Source: the human T2T-CHM13v2.0 reference genome, Homo sapiens
Assembly (NCBI RefSeq): GCF_009914755.1
Contig: NC_060942.1
DNA length: 64,000 nt
Strand: one strand, 5' to 3'
The notes below the pieces were generated by a model. The model saw only the letters and a program-made list of their open reading frames with translations. It searched no databases and was not told where the DNA came from. Both the position numbers and the translations under genes were made by a program. Positions 24,846 through 38,157 of this stretch are shown here, one piece after another (the first letter of the stretch is position 1; each line of letters starts with the position of its first letter).

Positions 24846-25155
24846 GAGTGGGTGCAGTAGCTCATGACTATAATCCTAACACTTTGGGAGGCTGAGATGG
24901 GAAGACATCTTGAGCCCAGGAGTTCGAGATCAGCCTGGGCAGCATGGCAAAACCCCATCTCTAAAAAAAGCACAAAAATTAGCTGGGTGTGGTGGAATGT
25001 GCTGTAATCCCAGTTACTTGGGAGGCTGAAGTGGGAGGATCTCTTGAGACTGGGAGGTGGAGGCTGCAGTGAACCACGACTGCATCACTGCACTCAGTCT
25101 AGGGGACAGAGCAAGACCCTGTCTCAAGATAAATAAATACATAAATAAAATAAAA
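24846..25155 (+). mobile_element. AluJ
   Basis: Diverged Alu with J diagnostics; TSD AAAATACA(C/A)ACATAA. Confidence 0.9.
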
Positions 25156-26856
25156 TACAAACATAATAAAAAGATATAAATTATGTGTATTTGTGAAAAA
25201 AATCCTTTTATTTTATAATATGACACATGATTATAAAAGATCAAGAAAATCTTTTGAAAGTAAGTGAATTCTTTCCACAAGAAATTTCACACAATCCTGT
25301 CTTTCCAACAGGAAAATAGTCTGTAGTTCTGGAGAATCATTATAACTTAGCTTTGACCATTTTACAAAAAGAAGCATAGAGTCGTGGTGCTGAGCTAGGA
25401 GATATGAGCTCTCTCTTCTCTGTGCATGCCATACCCTAGCTGTACCTTAGAATAGTGACTGATACTGCTGGTTTTCTGACCTACTGTAGGATTCGAGAAC
25501 GGAAAGAATCCTGAGAGTTACACAATGTGTGGCTACAAGCGTACATGGGAGGAGATTACATAAATACATTTAGGGTCTATATCTTCAACTCACTCTTCTG
25601 AGAGTGAGGAAATTGCTCTTAAAGCCACCTATAATGTCTTTCTTGTACAACACGTATTAACACAAAGTTTAATTTATACACTCATGCATTAAGTAAAATG
25701 CATCAGACAATAAATTTTGAAATTTTAAAATCACCACTGAAGAGCGAAGAGAGCTGATATTTCTCAGGGCCTGTGGAATGTCATAGGAAGAGATTTTTTG
25801 CTGACACGATTTCAGACATTCAAGCAGTTGCACATTTCACAGAGAAGGAAACTGAGGCTCAGAGAAGTTAGGTGACTTTGGCCGTCACATTACCTATTCT
25901 TTTCTATATGCCACACTGCCATCAGTCAAAAAACACTAGGAAGCCAAGTAAAAGCAGAAAACCAAGATTGTGTCCATCAGAATGAATATTCCCACAGAAA
26001 GCTCCATATAATGTGATGATCATCATAGACAAACTTCAGGAACTGTGTTGATATGCAAATTTCCAGCAAAATAGCAATGGCTGTAACTAGTTAAGTATGT
26101 TTTTACTGGTAAGGGGAGTATTTTTAGTGTTTTATGAACAAGGCTCATTTTATTGCTTACTTTTTACTTTACAATAAGACAAAAATCAATGAATGCTTCT
26201 TTGGTTTTATAAACTCTCATAAACGCAAGAGTATATGTGTACACAGATATTTATACCTTCAGTTTGCATGTATTGTGTTGTGAAATCTCTTCATAATAGT
26301 AAAACCTAAGTTATTTTCTCATTGTACCAATCTCAGAGGACTTCTGATTTCACAGTTATCAGTCCATACATTTTCAGCTTTTAGAAACCTGCGGTGGGGA
26401 TGGTAAATTTTCCTGGTGGGGATGCAGATTGAGAACCAGGGCCCAGAGAGATTGAGTGATTTGCTCAAGGCCACAGAGGGTCTCAGGTATTTACAGGAGG
26501 CTGCAGCCATGCCCTTCCCATAGGTAATCTTAGTTTTTGAATAAAAGAAAGGAAAGCACTGAATTAAAAACAAACAAACAAAACAAACAAAAAAAAAAAC
26601 AAGTAACTGGATATAAATCCTGGGACCTCAGTTGTTTTCCACATGGGTATTGATTACAATTTGAAAGAAAAACTTCCTTATATCGTATGCTTATGTAGCT
26701 TGTGGTGCTTACCCCATTAGCACCAGGAAAATGAAACACAGACCCATAAGTCTGCTTTTGTTAATGCTAGATCTTCGGTGAACTCCAAAATACCATAAAT
26801 AATTGAGATAACTATGGGTGCCCTGGGGTGTTTTTTCTTTTAATCTTCTTTTTCAT

Positions 26857-26859
<3 letters not shown>

Positions 26860-26888
<29 letters not shown>
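26860..26888. repeat. (TG)n microsatellite
   Basis: About 14 TG units. Confidence 0.95.
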
Positions 26889-26892
<4 letters not shown>

Positions 26893-27144
26893 AATCAGAA
26901 ATGAAGAGTACCAGCATCCACATACATATTCCCCAGCGACCAACCATTGAGGGGAGAGGCTCTGGACACTTTGCCCACACGCCAGCCTCTACTGGAACAA
27001 AGCCAGGTCTCTGCAAGGAGGCCGGCTCCTCTAGCCCAGCGGAGAAGGTATTAGGATAGGAAGCAGTGGCCTTCCTCAGCCAACTTCAGGCTTAATGAAA
27101 AAGTTGAATTCATGTATTTCAGTAGAGATGTGCACAAAGGTTGA

Positions 27145-27830
27145 TTTTTTTTAAATCAACTTTTCATTTTACAACAGTTTTAGATTTACAGTAAGACAGT
27201 GAAGCTAGTACAGAGAGTTCCCATATGCACCAAACCCAGCCTCCTCCATTGGTAACATCTCATGTTAGCACCAGATATTTGTCACGGTCCATGAGCCAAT
27301 GCTGACCTGTCGTTATCACATTATCACAAACTCGGGAGTTTGTTCAGTTGCCTTTAGTGTTCCCCTAATGTCTGCTTTCTAGTCCAGGATCCCATTCAGG
27401 ACACCACGTTACATGTCACTGCCAAGTCTCCTTAGACCCTTCCTGGCTATGACAGTTCTCAAATTTCCATTGTTTTGGATGAGTTTGACGTATCTGAGGA
27501 GCATTAGTCAGGTATTTTAGAGAATGTCCCTCAGTTTTGGTTTGTATGATTTTTTTCTCTTGGTCAGACAAGGGTGATGGATTTTTGAGAAGGCCACAGA
27601 GATAAAGTGCCATTTTTATCACATCCCAGGAGGGGTACCTATGGTCCACATGACTTACCACGGATGATATTGTCCTTGTCACCCGACTAAGATGGTGCCT
27701 GTCAGGTTTCTGTACTGGAGAATTCCCCTTTTCCATACTTCCTTCCGTATTTTGGAAGGAACTCACTATGTATGGCCCATAACAGTGGGAAGTTATACTC
27801 CACCTTCCTGAGGGAGGAGTAGAGATTGAT
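27145..27830 (-). mobile_element. L1MC-type 3' region
   Basis: ACAGTTTTAGATTTACAG...GTACAGAGAGTTCCCATAT and CCAAGTCTCCTTAG...TATGACAGTT motifs of old L1M 3' UTR in reverse. Confidence 0.7.
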
Positions 27831-29584
27831 ATTTTTATTTATAATATTTAATACATAACTTTTCAAAATAAAAGGCAAAATAAAATGTTAAAATTAGGGT
27901 GTATTTAGTTGTTGATGCACGTAACACAATCTTTACAATGCCCACTCGTGATATTGTGTTGTATGAACACAGAAGTCGGGTGCACCGCTTACCTCGAGTC
28001 CAAAGGTGGTACCAATCCATGGTGATATTGGCGCAGGGACTTGAGGAACCACAGGGGCTCAGGGTCAGAAGGCCTGCAGAGGTCTTCAGTTCACCTCTCT
28101 GTGGTCCAAACTGAGACCTTATGGGCTTCTGATGAGAAATTCCTACACATGAGTGTGGCAGATACCGCAGTTTCTTTACACACATTCTACCTTCTTCTGA
28201 TTACCAGAGCTGCAAGTGCGTTTTAAATGGTAATGTGTGTACAAAAAGCATTCACATTTTCCAGATTTTTCTCTTTTGTAGACAGCAACTGCCATGTGAC
28301 ACAGCCCAGCCAGAGGCGATAGATCAGCCAAACCCCACCGTTTTCTGAAAGGCTTTGGCTTTCTTGATAAAGATGCCTTTCTCCTTTTTCTCTATTGTCC
28401 CTCGAATGGAGAAGTGAGATCAGGAGGGGAAGCAGTCACTGTATGACCTTGTCACAGTGATAGGGATGACAAATGCCAACTTGTACCAGGTCCTGAATGG
28501 GAAGTCACAGGAGCGCCTTCTCCAGGATGGCACTGCTGCCCTAGCCCTGACGTGTCTATCCCAGACTTCCTGATAGGTGAGATGGAAGATAGTTACCCAG
28601 GAGTCACTGTGGTCAGGATTTCCATAACATGCAACCACATGAAACCCCGCTCCCTGGACCTTTCCTCCATGTCCATTTCCAACAACGTGAGGACAGCCCA
28701 CCTTTCAAAGGAGCAAATCTTGTTAAGCATGTTGCTATTTTTACTAATTTCTCTCATGTAATATCTTCCACATAGTTTGGAGTGACTAAATTTCCAAAAA
28801 TATCCCAATGATTGTTTTTGTTTTCTCCAGGATGTTGCCAAATCCTGTTATTTTACCTTCAATGAATCATGTCTTCTCATATTCAAACAGTTTCTCACTG
28901 TATTATAACATTCTCCCTTTTAGATTCTTTACTTTTATGGAACACAGAGGGTAGCACTCAACTCAGACTAGAGCAGCAAGGCCAGCTCTGGGTGTCAGCT
29001 ATGAAAGCCTTATGTCTACTCTGCTATTGCACTTAAAATGACTCCCAATTTATCCATACATGATTAAGTTCATAACCCTCAGCTTCAGTGCATTGATTGA
29101 AACCAACCTATCTGAAAACTTGATGACTATCTATTTTTCCTTCGCTTCTATCCCATAATTGCTACCCAAGTAAATGCACCTTGAAAATATGATGAAAGGA
29201 CCATAGCGTGATGAAATCTGCCACTAAATATCCTGCATAATTCTGGAATGAGATGAACATCCGGGCTACACACAGCACAAGCCGAACTGCTACGTGTGCT
29301 TGGATGGCAATGTGCTTTCTCAATACCATAGTTTAGCGTGAGCAGTATATTCCTAGTGTCCCCATATTCTTAGCCTTGGGCCAGGGATTATTTGATGGAA
29401 AAAAAGTTATGATCTCCCCTGCCTTGTTGGATTGTACGCATCAGTAAGCCTCTTTACAAACTCCTTATAGAGGAATACACAGATTGAAGGTCTCTATTAG
29501 AAAATCTCAGCACAGGTTCATGAAAGCATTGTGATTAATCTATGGTGGACCACACTGATTCTCATAAAAAATGTCAAGTGGGTC

Positions 29585-30117
29585 TGTTACTGGAAAGAGG
29601 TCCAGACCAAGACCCCAAGAGAGGGTCCTTGGATCTCGGGCAAAAAAGAATTCAGGGCAAGTCCAAAGAGAAAAGTGAAAGCAAATTTATTAAGAAAGTA
29701 AAGGAATAAAAGAATGGCTACACCACAGACAGAGCACCCCAAGGGTTACTGGTTGCCCATTTTTATGGTTCTTGATGATATGCTAAACAAGGGGTGGACT
29801 ATTCATGCCTCCCCTTTTTAGACAACTTTCTGACATTGCCATGGCATTTGTAAACTGCCATGGCGCTGGTATGAGTGTAGCAGTGAGGACAACCAGAGGA
29901 TACTCTCATCGCCATCTTGGTTTTGGTGGGTTTTAGGCGGCTTCTTCAACTTGCTTTATCAGCAAGGTCTTTAAGACCTGTATCTTGTGCCAACTTCCTA
30001 TTTCATCCTGTGACTTAGAATGCCTTAACATCTGGGAATGCAGCCCAGCAGGTTTCAGCCTCATTTTACCCAGCTCCTATTCAAAATGGAGTTGCTCTGG
30101 TTCAAAAGCTTCTGAGA
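29585..30117 (-). mobile_element. MER41 (A-type) solo LTR, ERV1
   Basis: Minus strand starts T.TCAGA.GC.TTTGAACCAGAGCAACTCCATTTTGAATAGGAGCTGGG and ends GTAACA; 4-bp TSD GGTC (29581-29584, 30118-30121). Confidence 0.88.
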
Positions 30118-31215
30118 GGTCCCCTCAAAAACTCTGGTGTGACTTGTTTGGAAAGGTTGGAATGCCATGTGGAATCACCCACTATGGGTTTAGCTAACAG
30201 TAATTTTCCTTCATCAATGGGACCACTTTTCTAAATGCTAATAGTATGTGAGTTATTCACAAAGGCAATTTGCTGAGTCTTGGCAAATTGCAGTTTCATT
30301 AAAAGTTTGTTTTCCCTAAGGCTTAACATTAGTCTTCACGGTTTTTGTTTTTATTTTTATTTTTTAAATCTTTTCTAAACCCCAGTGGAAAATAACCTTT
30401 TACTGTGAAAAGTAATCCAACCGGGTATCTTCAAAATCTTAATAGGCAAAGTGAATTGACCTTGGCTCATCTTCATGGAGTATAGGACAAATGGATCCAT
30501 TTTCTTGCTAAATAACTACCATTCGAATGTTGATTCTGCCTGCCTAAGATTAGCACCTTGTAAAATCTGTGTTTGAGAATGTAAATGTAAGGCAGCTAAG
30601 CACACAGACCCACATTCCCAAGGAGAAGCAATATCCTCTATCAGCTCCCAACCAGTTCTGAGGAATGATGAAGACATGCTGATTTTTTTGTCCAGAAATT
30701 GAGAAACAGTAAGAAACATGCAGAAATAAAAGAATTTTGAAATTTATATTTTATCATACCTATCTGCAAGTGGGAGACAGTGTCCATAATCCACACTAAG
30801 CGTCAATCACTGGAGCAGACTTTTAGGGGATCTTAACAGCTGGGCTTGCCTAGGACACGGGGAGTGGGCTATGGATGTGTTGTCATTCAGGGCATCTCCT
30901 TTGTCCTCAAAGATCTTCACATCAATACAAAATTACTTAAACATTTCATATTGCTTACTTCAAGTGTTAGTGGAGTGTGCCAATCTGAAGTAAGACCTAT
31001 TGGGGATGAAAGATGCATAAGACAGTGTCCCCATCTGATAGAAGTTTATAGTCCAGCAAGAGGGAGAAACAGGTGAGCAGTCAGCAAAACATAAGTCACG
31101 GAATGAGAAGGACCACAAGAAAGCCACTAGCATCTTCCCAGAGGAGAAAGCACTCACAGCTGTAATGACATGTCAGTCCTAAAATCTCAAGATAGCCACA
31201 CTTAATAAGCATTAC

Positions 31216-31993
31216 TGTTACTGGGGGGTCCTTGCTCCCAGAGCTCCCAAGATGGTGGTGGGCCGCTTCCAAGATGGTGGTGGGCTGCTTCCAAGATGGT
31301 GGCAAGGCTTGTGTTCTCTGACCTGGGGTTCTTGGCCTCACAGATTCCAAGGAATGGAATCTTGGGCCATGAGGTGAGTGTTATAGCTCTTTTAGAAGCC
31401 GTAGGTCACAAAAGAGAACTGTGGAACCCAGTGACTAGTGTTCAGCTCGATTAGGACGAACCTGGGCACTTAGCTGTGTAGGAACAATGGCAAGCCTTTA
31501 GCCCGATCAGGAGTGGCAATGGTTGCCTCACTGGATCAGCACAGTGGACACCCTGTTGGATCTGGAGGGACAGAAGACAGCAGCAGGTCTGCGACGGCGG
31601 CAAACAGCAATGGTGGACGGCAAGCGAAAGCTCAGCTCGAGCCGTAACAAACACAGACCAGAAGAGTGTGCATTTGCAAGATTTAATAGAGTGAAAACAG
31701 AACTCCCATAAAATGAGACGGGACCCAAAAGGGGTTGCCATTGCTGGCTCCAATGCCTGGGTTTATATCTCCATCATTGTCCCTCCCACTGTGCTCTTAG
31801 GCGATAGATGATTGGCTATTTCTTTACCTCCTGTTTTTGCCTAATTAGCATTTTAGTGAGCTCTCTTTACTAACTGATTGGTTGGGTGTGAGCTAAGTTG
31901 CAAGCCCTGTGTTTAAAGGTGGATACAGTCACCTTCCCAGCAGGCTTAGGGATTCTTAGTCAGCCTAGGAAATCCAGCTAGTCCTGTGTTTCA
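31216..31993 (-). mobile_element. LTR17 (HERV-W) solo LTR, full length
   Basis: Minus strand TGAAACACAGGACTAGCTGGATTTCCTAGGCTGACTAAGAATCCCTAAGCC...GTAACA; 778 bp; TSD TTAC on both sides. Confidence 0.92.
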
Positions 31994-32917
31994 TTACCAC
32001 GTTTCAGGGACTGTGATTCTCCCTGTATTTTTTTTATGCAATACTTTCATCAATCCTAGAGATAAGTTTATTATGCTTATTTGAGAAATCTAAGATAAAA
32101 GAGATCAAGTAACTTTTTCAAACTGTTCAACTCCACGGAAGGCCAGTTAGGGTGGAAATGGTAGAAGAGATGAAGGTGGTGGTGGTGTGAAGTGGGTGTA
32201 TCTATTGGTGCATAATAAATTACCCCCACACTTAGTAGTCTAAAATTATTTCCCACAATTTCTGTAGGTCAGGAATTTGGGATCTGGGTGGTTCTCCGGC
32301 CCAGGGTCTTTCATGAGGTCCAGTCGAGATTTTAGCCGGGGATGTGCACCAGAAATTTTGACTAAGGGTGAGGATCAGCTTCCAAGCCTGCTCACTACAC
32401 AGCAGCCAGGGTGGTGCTACCAGGAGCTGTCAGATCCATCACAGGGCTGCTTGAATGTCCTCCTGACATGGCAGCTGGCTTCTGCAGAGTGAGTGATTGG
32501 AAATGTTCCTTTTATGGCATAGCCTGGAATGTTCCTTTTATGGCAGAGTCTGGAAAGTCACATAGCATCATTTATACCACATTCTACTCAGTAGAAGTGA
32601 TTTTCCAAGTCCAGAGGCGAATTAAGCTGCACCTTTTGAAAAGAGAAATGCTGAAAAGTTTGCAGATTTAAAATACAACAGGGACCAAACATAAGCAAGG
32701 CAAAGAAGTCATCTTAAGGCAACTGTGTATAGCAGAAGTTGGCTTGAATAGTGGAAGTCACGGCTGAAATTTTAAGTAACAGGCAGATGGAGTAAACCTT
32801 GAATTCCAGGTGTAATATGATTTTACAAGAAAGTTAATACATTTCCACTGAAGATTTTTAAGCAGATAAATAATATAATTAAGATAATTATATAATAAAA
32901 GTAATCAGATGATTTCA

Positions 32918-33446
<529 letters not shown>

Positions 33447-34809
33447 CTATTCAATTTTGCCGTATTTAAAATACAAAACAAGCAATTGAAAATAAGTGGG
33501 CTATATTTGGCCTATTGACCATGGTTTGCTAATTTCTGCCTCCAAACCTTCCCAGTTATACATTAGAAATCATTAGTTTTATCACATAAACTAGATGGTT
33601 TTCAAATTCTCAGAGACAACAACATAGCAATGCAACTAAAGGGCAAAATGAGAAGAGAAGACAGAGACTTCGTATGAAAACCGGTGATCAAGTCCTGCTG
33701 TATGGGGTGCCCTGGCCTAGCCTTGAGAGTTGCTAGCTCTAGGTATCTAAGTTTATATGGTGGAAGCGCTGATAGCAGTCATTCATAAACAGTTTAAATT
33801 AGAGATTCCCTTACTTTAAGGTAATAAGAAGTCAGCAACACAATGTGATTTGCAAAAGACATGTGGGAGCCAGAAAGAAACTTAACAAAGTGTGGTGGTG
33901 AACACACAGGAAAGACAACAACCCAAGTGGAACCTTTCTTCTCCTAACCCAGGTCTATGACTTCAGCATCATAACTTATGATGACTATCTTGAGAATAAG
34001 CTATGGACAATTTTAAACATCACTCTGCTTACAGATGTTCTACTCAGTTTGCTAAATTTGCATAACAATTATCCCATTTGTCAGCTCTTCTACAACTTCC
34101 CATATCACCAAACTAAGAAACACCTTATTTATTTACAGTGCTTCCTTGAAAGAGGCACCTAGACCTCTTTTCTTGAAACTAATGACTATAATTAATGATG
34201 GTCTAATCTTTCAACTGTCATATCTTTTGTCTTTTTTGGAGGGATATTTATGATAATTGGTTCTTGTCACTTGACATAATATATGATATGTGAACATAAA
34301 CCTTGTTTCTTTTTGGGAAAAACTAAATTTTGTGAGTTTAAACTACCTCTTCACAAGTTATTAGCTGTTTTTTCTTGGAACATTAGTTATTATCTCTTGG
34401 ACTAAGTTGTCTATAAAATGGGAATAATAATACGTAACACAAATAGATTTTTAAGTAAATACAAGTTAAAGAAAGAAAATAAAAATCACTCAAAATCTTA
34501 TGACCAAAGATTTCACATTTATCTAACATTATATTTCATTTTTTCTTCACGAAAACGTATTTTCTCACAAAATGTATGTTATGTGATAATGTTTCCCTCA
34601 CACTTAACAATACACTGTGAATATTTACTCTTTTCTTATATAATCACAAATATGATTTTTTCAATAATATTATCCATACAGGTAGAATAGTTATGTCAAA
34701 TCATAACTAAAATTCAATTTTTAAAATATTTTTCCAAACTGTGTTCTAGTAAAAATTGTGTCAATTTACAATCTCACCAGAAGGGTTTGGGGATGCTGAA
34801 TTTTCTTAC

Positions 34810-35169
34810 ACTTAGTCCAGTTACTGCTGCTGTAACTGAATATTTTAGACTGAGTAATTTATAAAGGAAATAAACTTATTTGGCTCATGGTTCTGGAGGT
34901 TGGGAAGTCCAAGACCAAGTGGCTGCATGTGGTGAGAGCCTTCTTGCTGTGTCATCCCATGGCAGAAGGTGACAGGGCAAGACAGCATGCACTTGTGAGA
35001 GCAGTAGAGCTCACAGCCTCAAATCCACTTAAAATCAGCAGTAATCCATCTATGAAGGTGGAGCCTTCATAATCTAAACACCTCCCACTAGGTCCCACCT
35101 TCTGAAACTATCACATTCGAGATTAAGTTCCAACACATGATTTTTGGGAGACACATTCAAATCATAGCA
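34810..35169 (-). mobile_element. MST/MLT1A-type MaLR LTR
   Basis: CTTAGTCC...GCTCATGGTTCTGGAGGTTGGGAAGTCCAAGA...CACATTCAAATCATAGCA. Confidence 0.8.
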
Positions 35170-35329
35170 ATTGCCAACACTATATATTATCAATTTTTAA
35201 ATGTCTTATGTATCATTACCAAAAGGGCCATTTATATTTATATTTATTTCTTGGCCATTTATGTTTATTGGCCATTTATTGGCCATATATATTTATTCTT
35301 TGATAAATTGAAAATTTTGGTTGTTTACC

Positions 35330-35660
35330 ACCCAAAACACCTCTCTACCACTCAGTCACCAATGGCTTTGTTTCTGCCATCATTGATAATTTTGGGTCTG
35401 TCTCCTACACCCCTACTTTTGTCACTATTCTGAGTGATCTCAATATCCATGTAGATAGATGGTCTTTCTAATATCGGGTTTTCTCAGTTTTTTAAACTTC
35501 CTCATCCCCAATTACCCTTGCTTCCCCTTTTCTCTGCTGCAAACCCCCATGGTCATACCCTGGAGTCATCGTCATTGATAATTGAGCCATTTCTGAACTC
35601 TCCGCTTCAAGACTTCTACCCAGTGGCCATCACTTCTATTCTCTCACCTCACATTCTCTA
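35330..35660 (+). mobile_element. L2 ORF2 endonuclease-domain fossil
   Basis: Translates to ILSDLNIHVD (compare ILGDFNIHVD), HGHTLE (compare GHTLD) and SGHH (compare SDHH). Confidence 0.7.
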
Positions 35661-37826
35661 GAGCTATACTCCACCAAGACAGGAATTCCATAAGTGTTTC
35701 ATGGATGTGAGTGCCAGGGGACTGCCAAGAAAACATGATTTTAAATCCTGAAGTCCCTAAACTAAACTAATATAATTTCTTAATGTTAAAATAAATGTGA
35801 ACATTTATCCATATTAAGAATTGAACATGTTCATTATGGAACAATTTTCTCATTACACCCAACGTTGCTTGGGCAAAAATGTCCACTTTCCAAATTTAAG
35901 TTGGGCATTTTCATTTTTATATGGCTCTCAAAAAATAGAAAATGTGTGAGTCTCATTGGTCTTAATTGAAAATTGGATATTTTTTCTTTTGTACATAAAT
36001 CTCCAAAACATGTTCCTGGGAGTCTGATTCCTTTGTACATTTGACTGGTCTTGGTGAAGTAGAAAGTTTTATCTGATTCACTATTCCTACTCTGTGGCTA
36101 ATGGATAAGGGTGGGTGTCATTAATGTCCAAAAACTACTTAGTCTGTGGGATATAACTTGCTCAGAGCACTGTGGGGCTTCACTTCTCTTCCATCCTTCA
36201 GAGATTCTTTTTCAGATAAAATCAAATTAGTACATCTAACATTTTGATACAGTCTTACTCATTTTCATCCTTGTATTTTTTTTAAAAAATCTCATTAATC
36301 TATTAACCAACTGCCATTTTAAGTGTCTCATAAACCTATTAGCCAACTACCGTTTTAGAGTTATGGAGTGAGTCTCAAATTGGTAACTGCAAAATTAGTA
36401 GGTCATTATTTTAGGCATCATGAAAAATTACAAGTATTTGAAGTGTCTTTCTCTATATTCAAAATACCTAAAATAGAATTAGGAGCTAAGACAAACATAT
36501 AATGTTATATAAAAGTTGAAATTGTCACGGAAATATTACAAACATATACATATATATGAATCTGCAGATACATATTATAAATGTTTACATATATTTGTGT
36601 GTAGGTGCATATATATGACATCTAGACATATATTTACATATTTAGTGTGTGCGTGTGTGTATGTGTGTAAGTTACTAATGTTATAGGGTTGAGGTAAATG
36701 GCAAACCAATTGGAAAACTAGACAATAGAATTTTGGCTCATATTCTGCATGATTAAACTAAAGTATATTTCTGAATACATGTGGAGTTTCCCATGGAAAG
36801 ATATTAAAAGGAAATGTAATGTAATTAAAATATTCATTCAGAGGGTACAAATTTTTGTGTTCCTTAACTGTTGAAGGCTTTTATATTTAATCTATATTTT
36901 TTCACTCTGTTCTGGAAAATTTTTACATCATTTTATTAAGAAAAACATAAGAAGCCAAATGCGGACTTATTCTGTGTTCCTAGAAACGATAATTTTTCTT
37001 CTTGAAACATCATGCAAGTTTCAGTTGGATTTCAAGACTCTTCTTTCTATATTTAAGGCAATGTAAGTCAAAGCAGAACGAAGTGAAACATTTGCATACA
37101 ACTCCACACCTTCAGTCTCCCTGGGTGGTCCAGGTGTAATAGACCCAGACCCTGCAATCTGCCTCTATGTGGGGCTTATTCCAAATGGAACATGGACTTG
37201 CAAATGCTTGTCTTCCGTAGTGGCTTTCTCTGGTGATGAGCAGTGAGTGCACCTTCCAACGTGGCAGGAATAACTGCAAGTCTGTGTCAGTGCAGAAGAC
37301 AAGCAAATGAGCCCCAAGATGCCTTGTGTTCTCTTATTCTTCCTGTCAACTTCCATTTCTCTTTAAGGGACTTGCACTTTATTCTGAAACAATCGGTCAC
37401 AATGATTCTGACCTTTGGTTTTATACTAGACTGTTTCCATTATGAGATGTGCATTTTTTTCCAAAGAAATGATCACTATCTCAGCAACTAATGTATTTAT
37501 GAGACACAGATCAGAAAAGATAGTTAAAAACACATACGCACAGAGTGTCTGGGTGGGCTGGGGAAGGAAACACCTACCCGAGTTCCTCCTCTCTGGCCTG
37601 CTGCCTCTAATGGGCAGAGGGTTGTTAGTGGATGTCCTCATTCCTCTTGGGAAAAAAAAAACTGGGAATTAGATTAAAATCACCAATTCACATGTTTCAA
37701 ATTTCCAAAATGCTTATCTCTTAAATTTGAGGATTGCATATACTTAATTCTTCAGGCACATTTTCCTCTGAAATGTAAATTAAGACTAGAAGATAACATT
37801 GTTTATATTAGACTGTAAAAACATCA

Positions 37827-38157
<331 letters not shown>

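Noticed and set aside
32499-32554. Short 2-copy tandem repeat (also 17223-17263 and 35207-35290)
   Set aside because: Slippage-type duplications inside old repeats; no sign of function
37596-37618. CTCF-like motif (also near 39381)
   Set aside because: Core has an indel or mismatches relative to CCASYAGRKGGCRS
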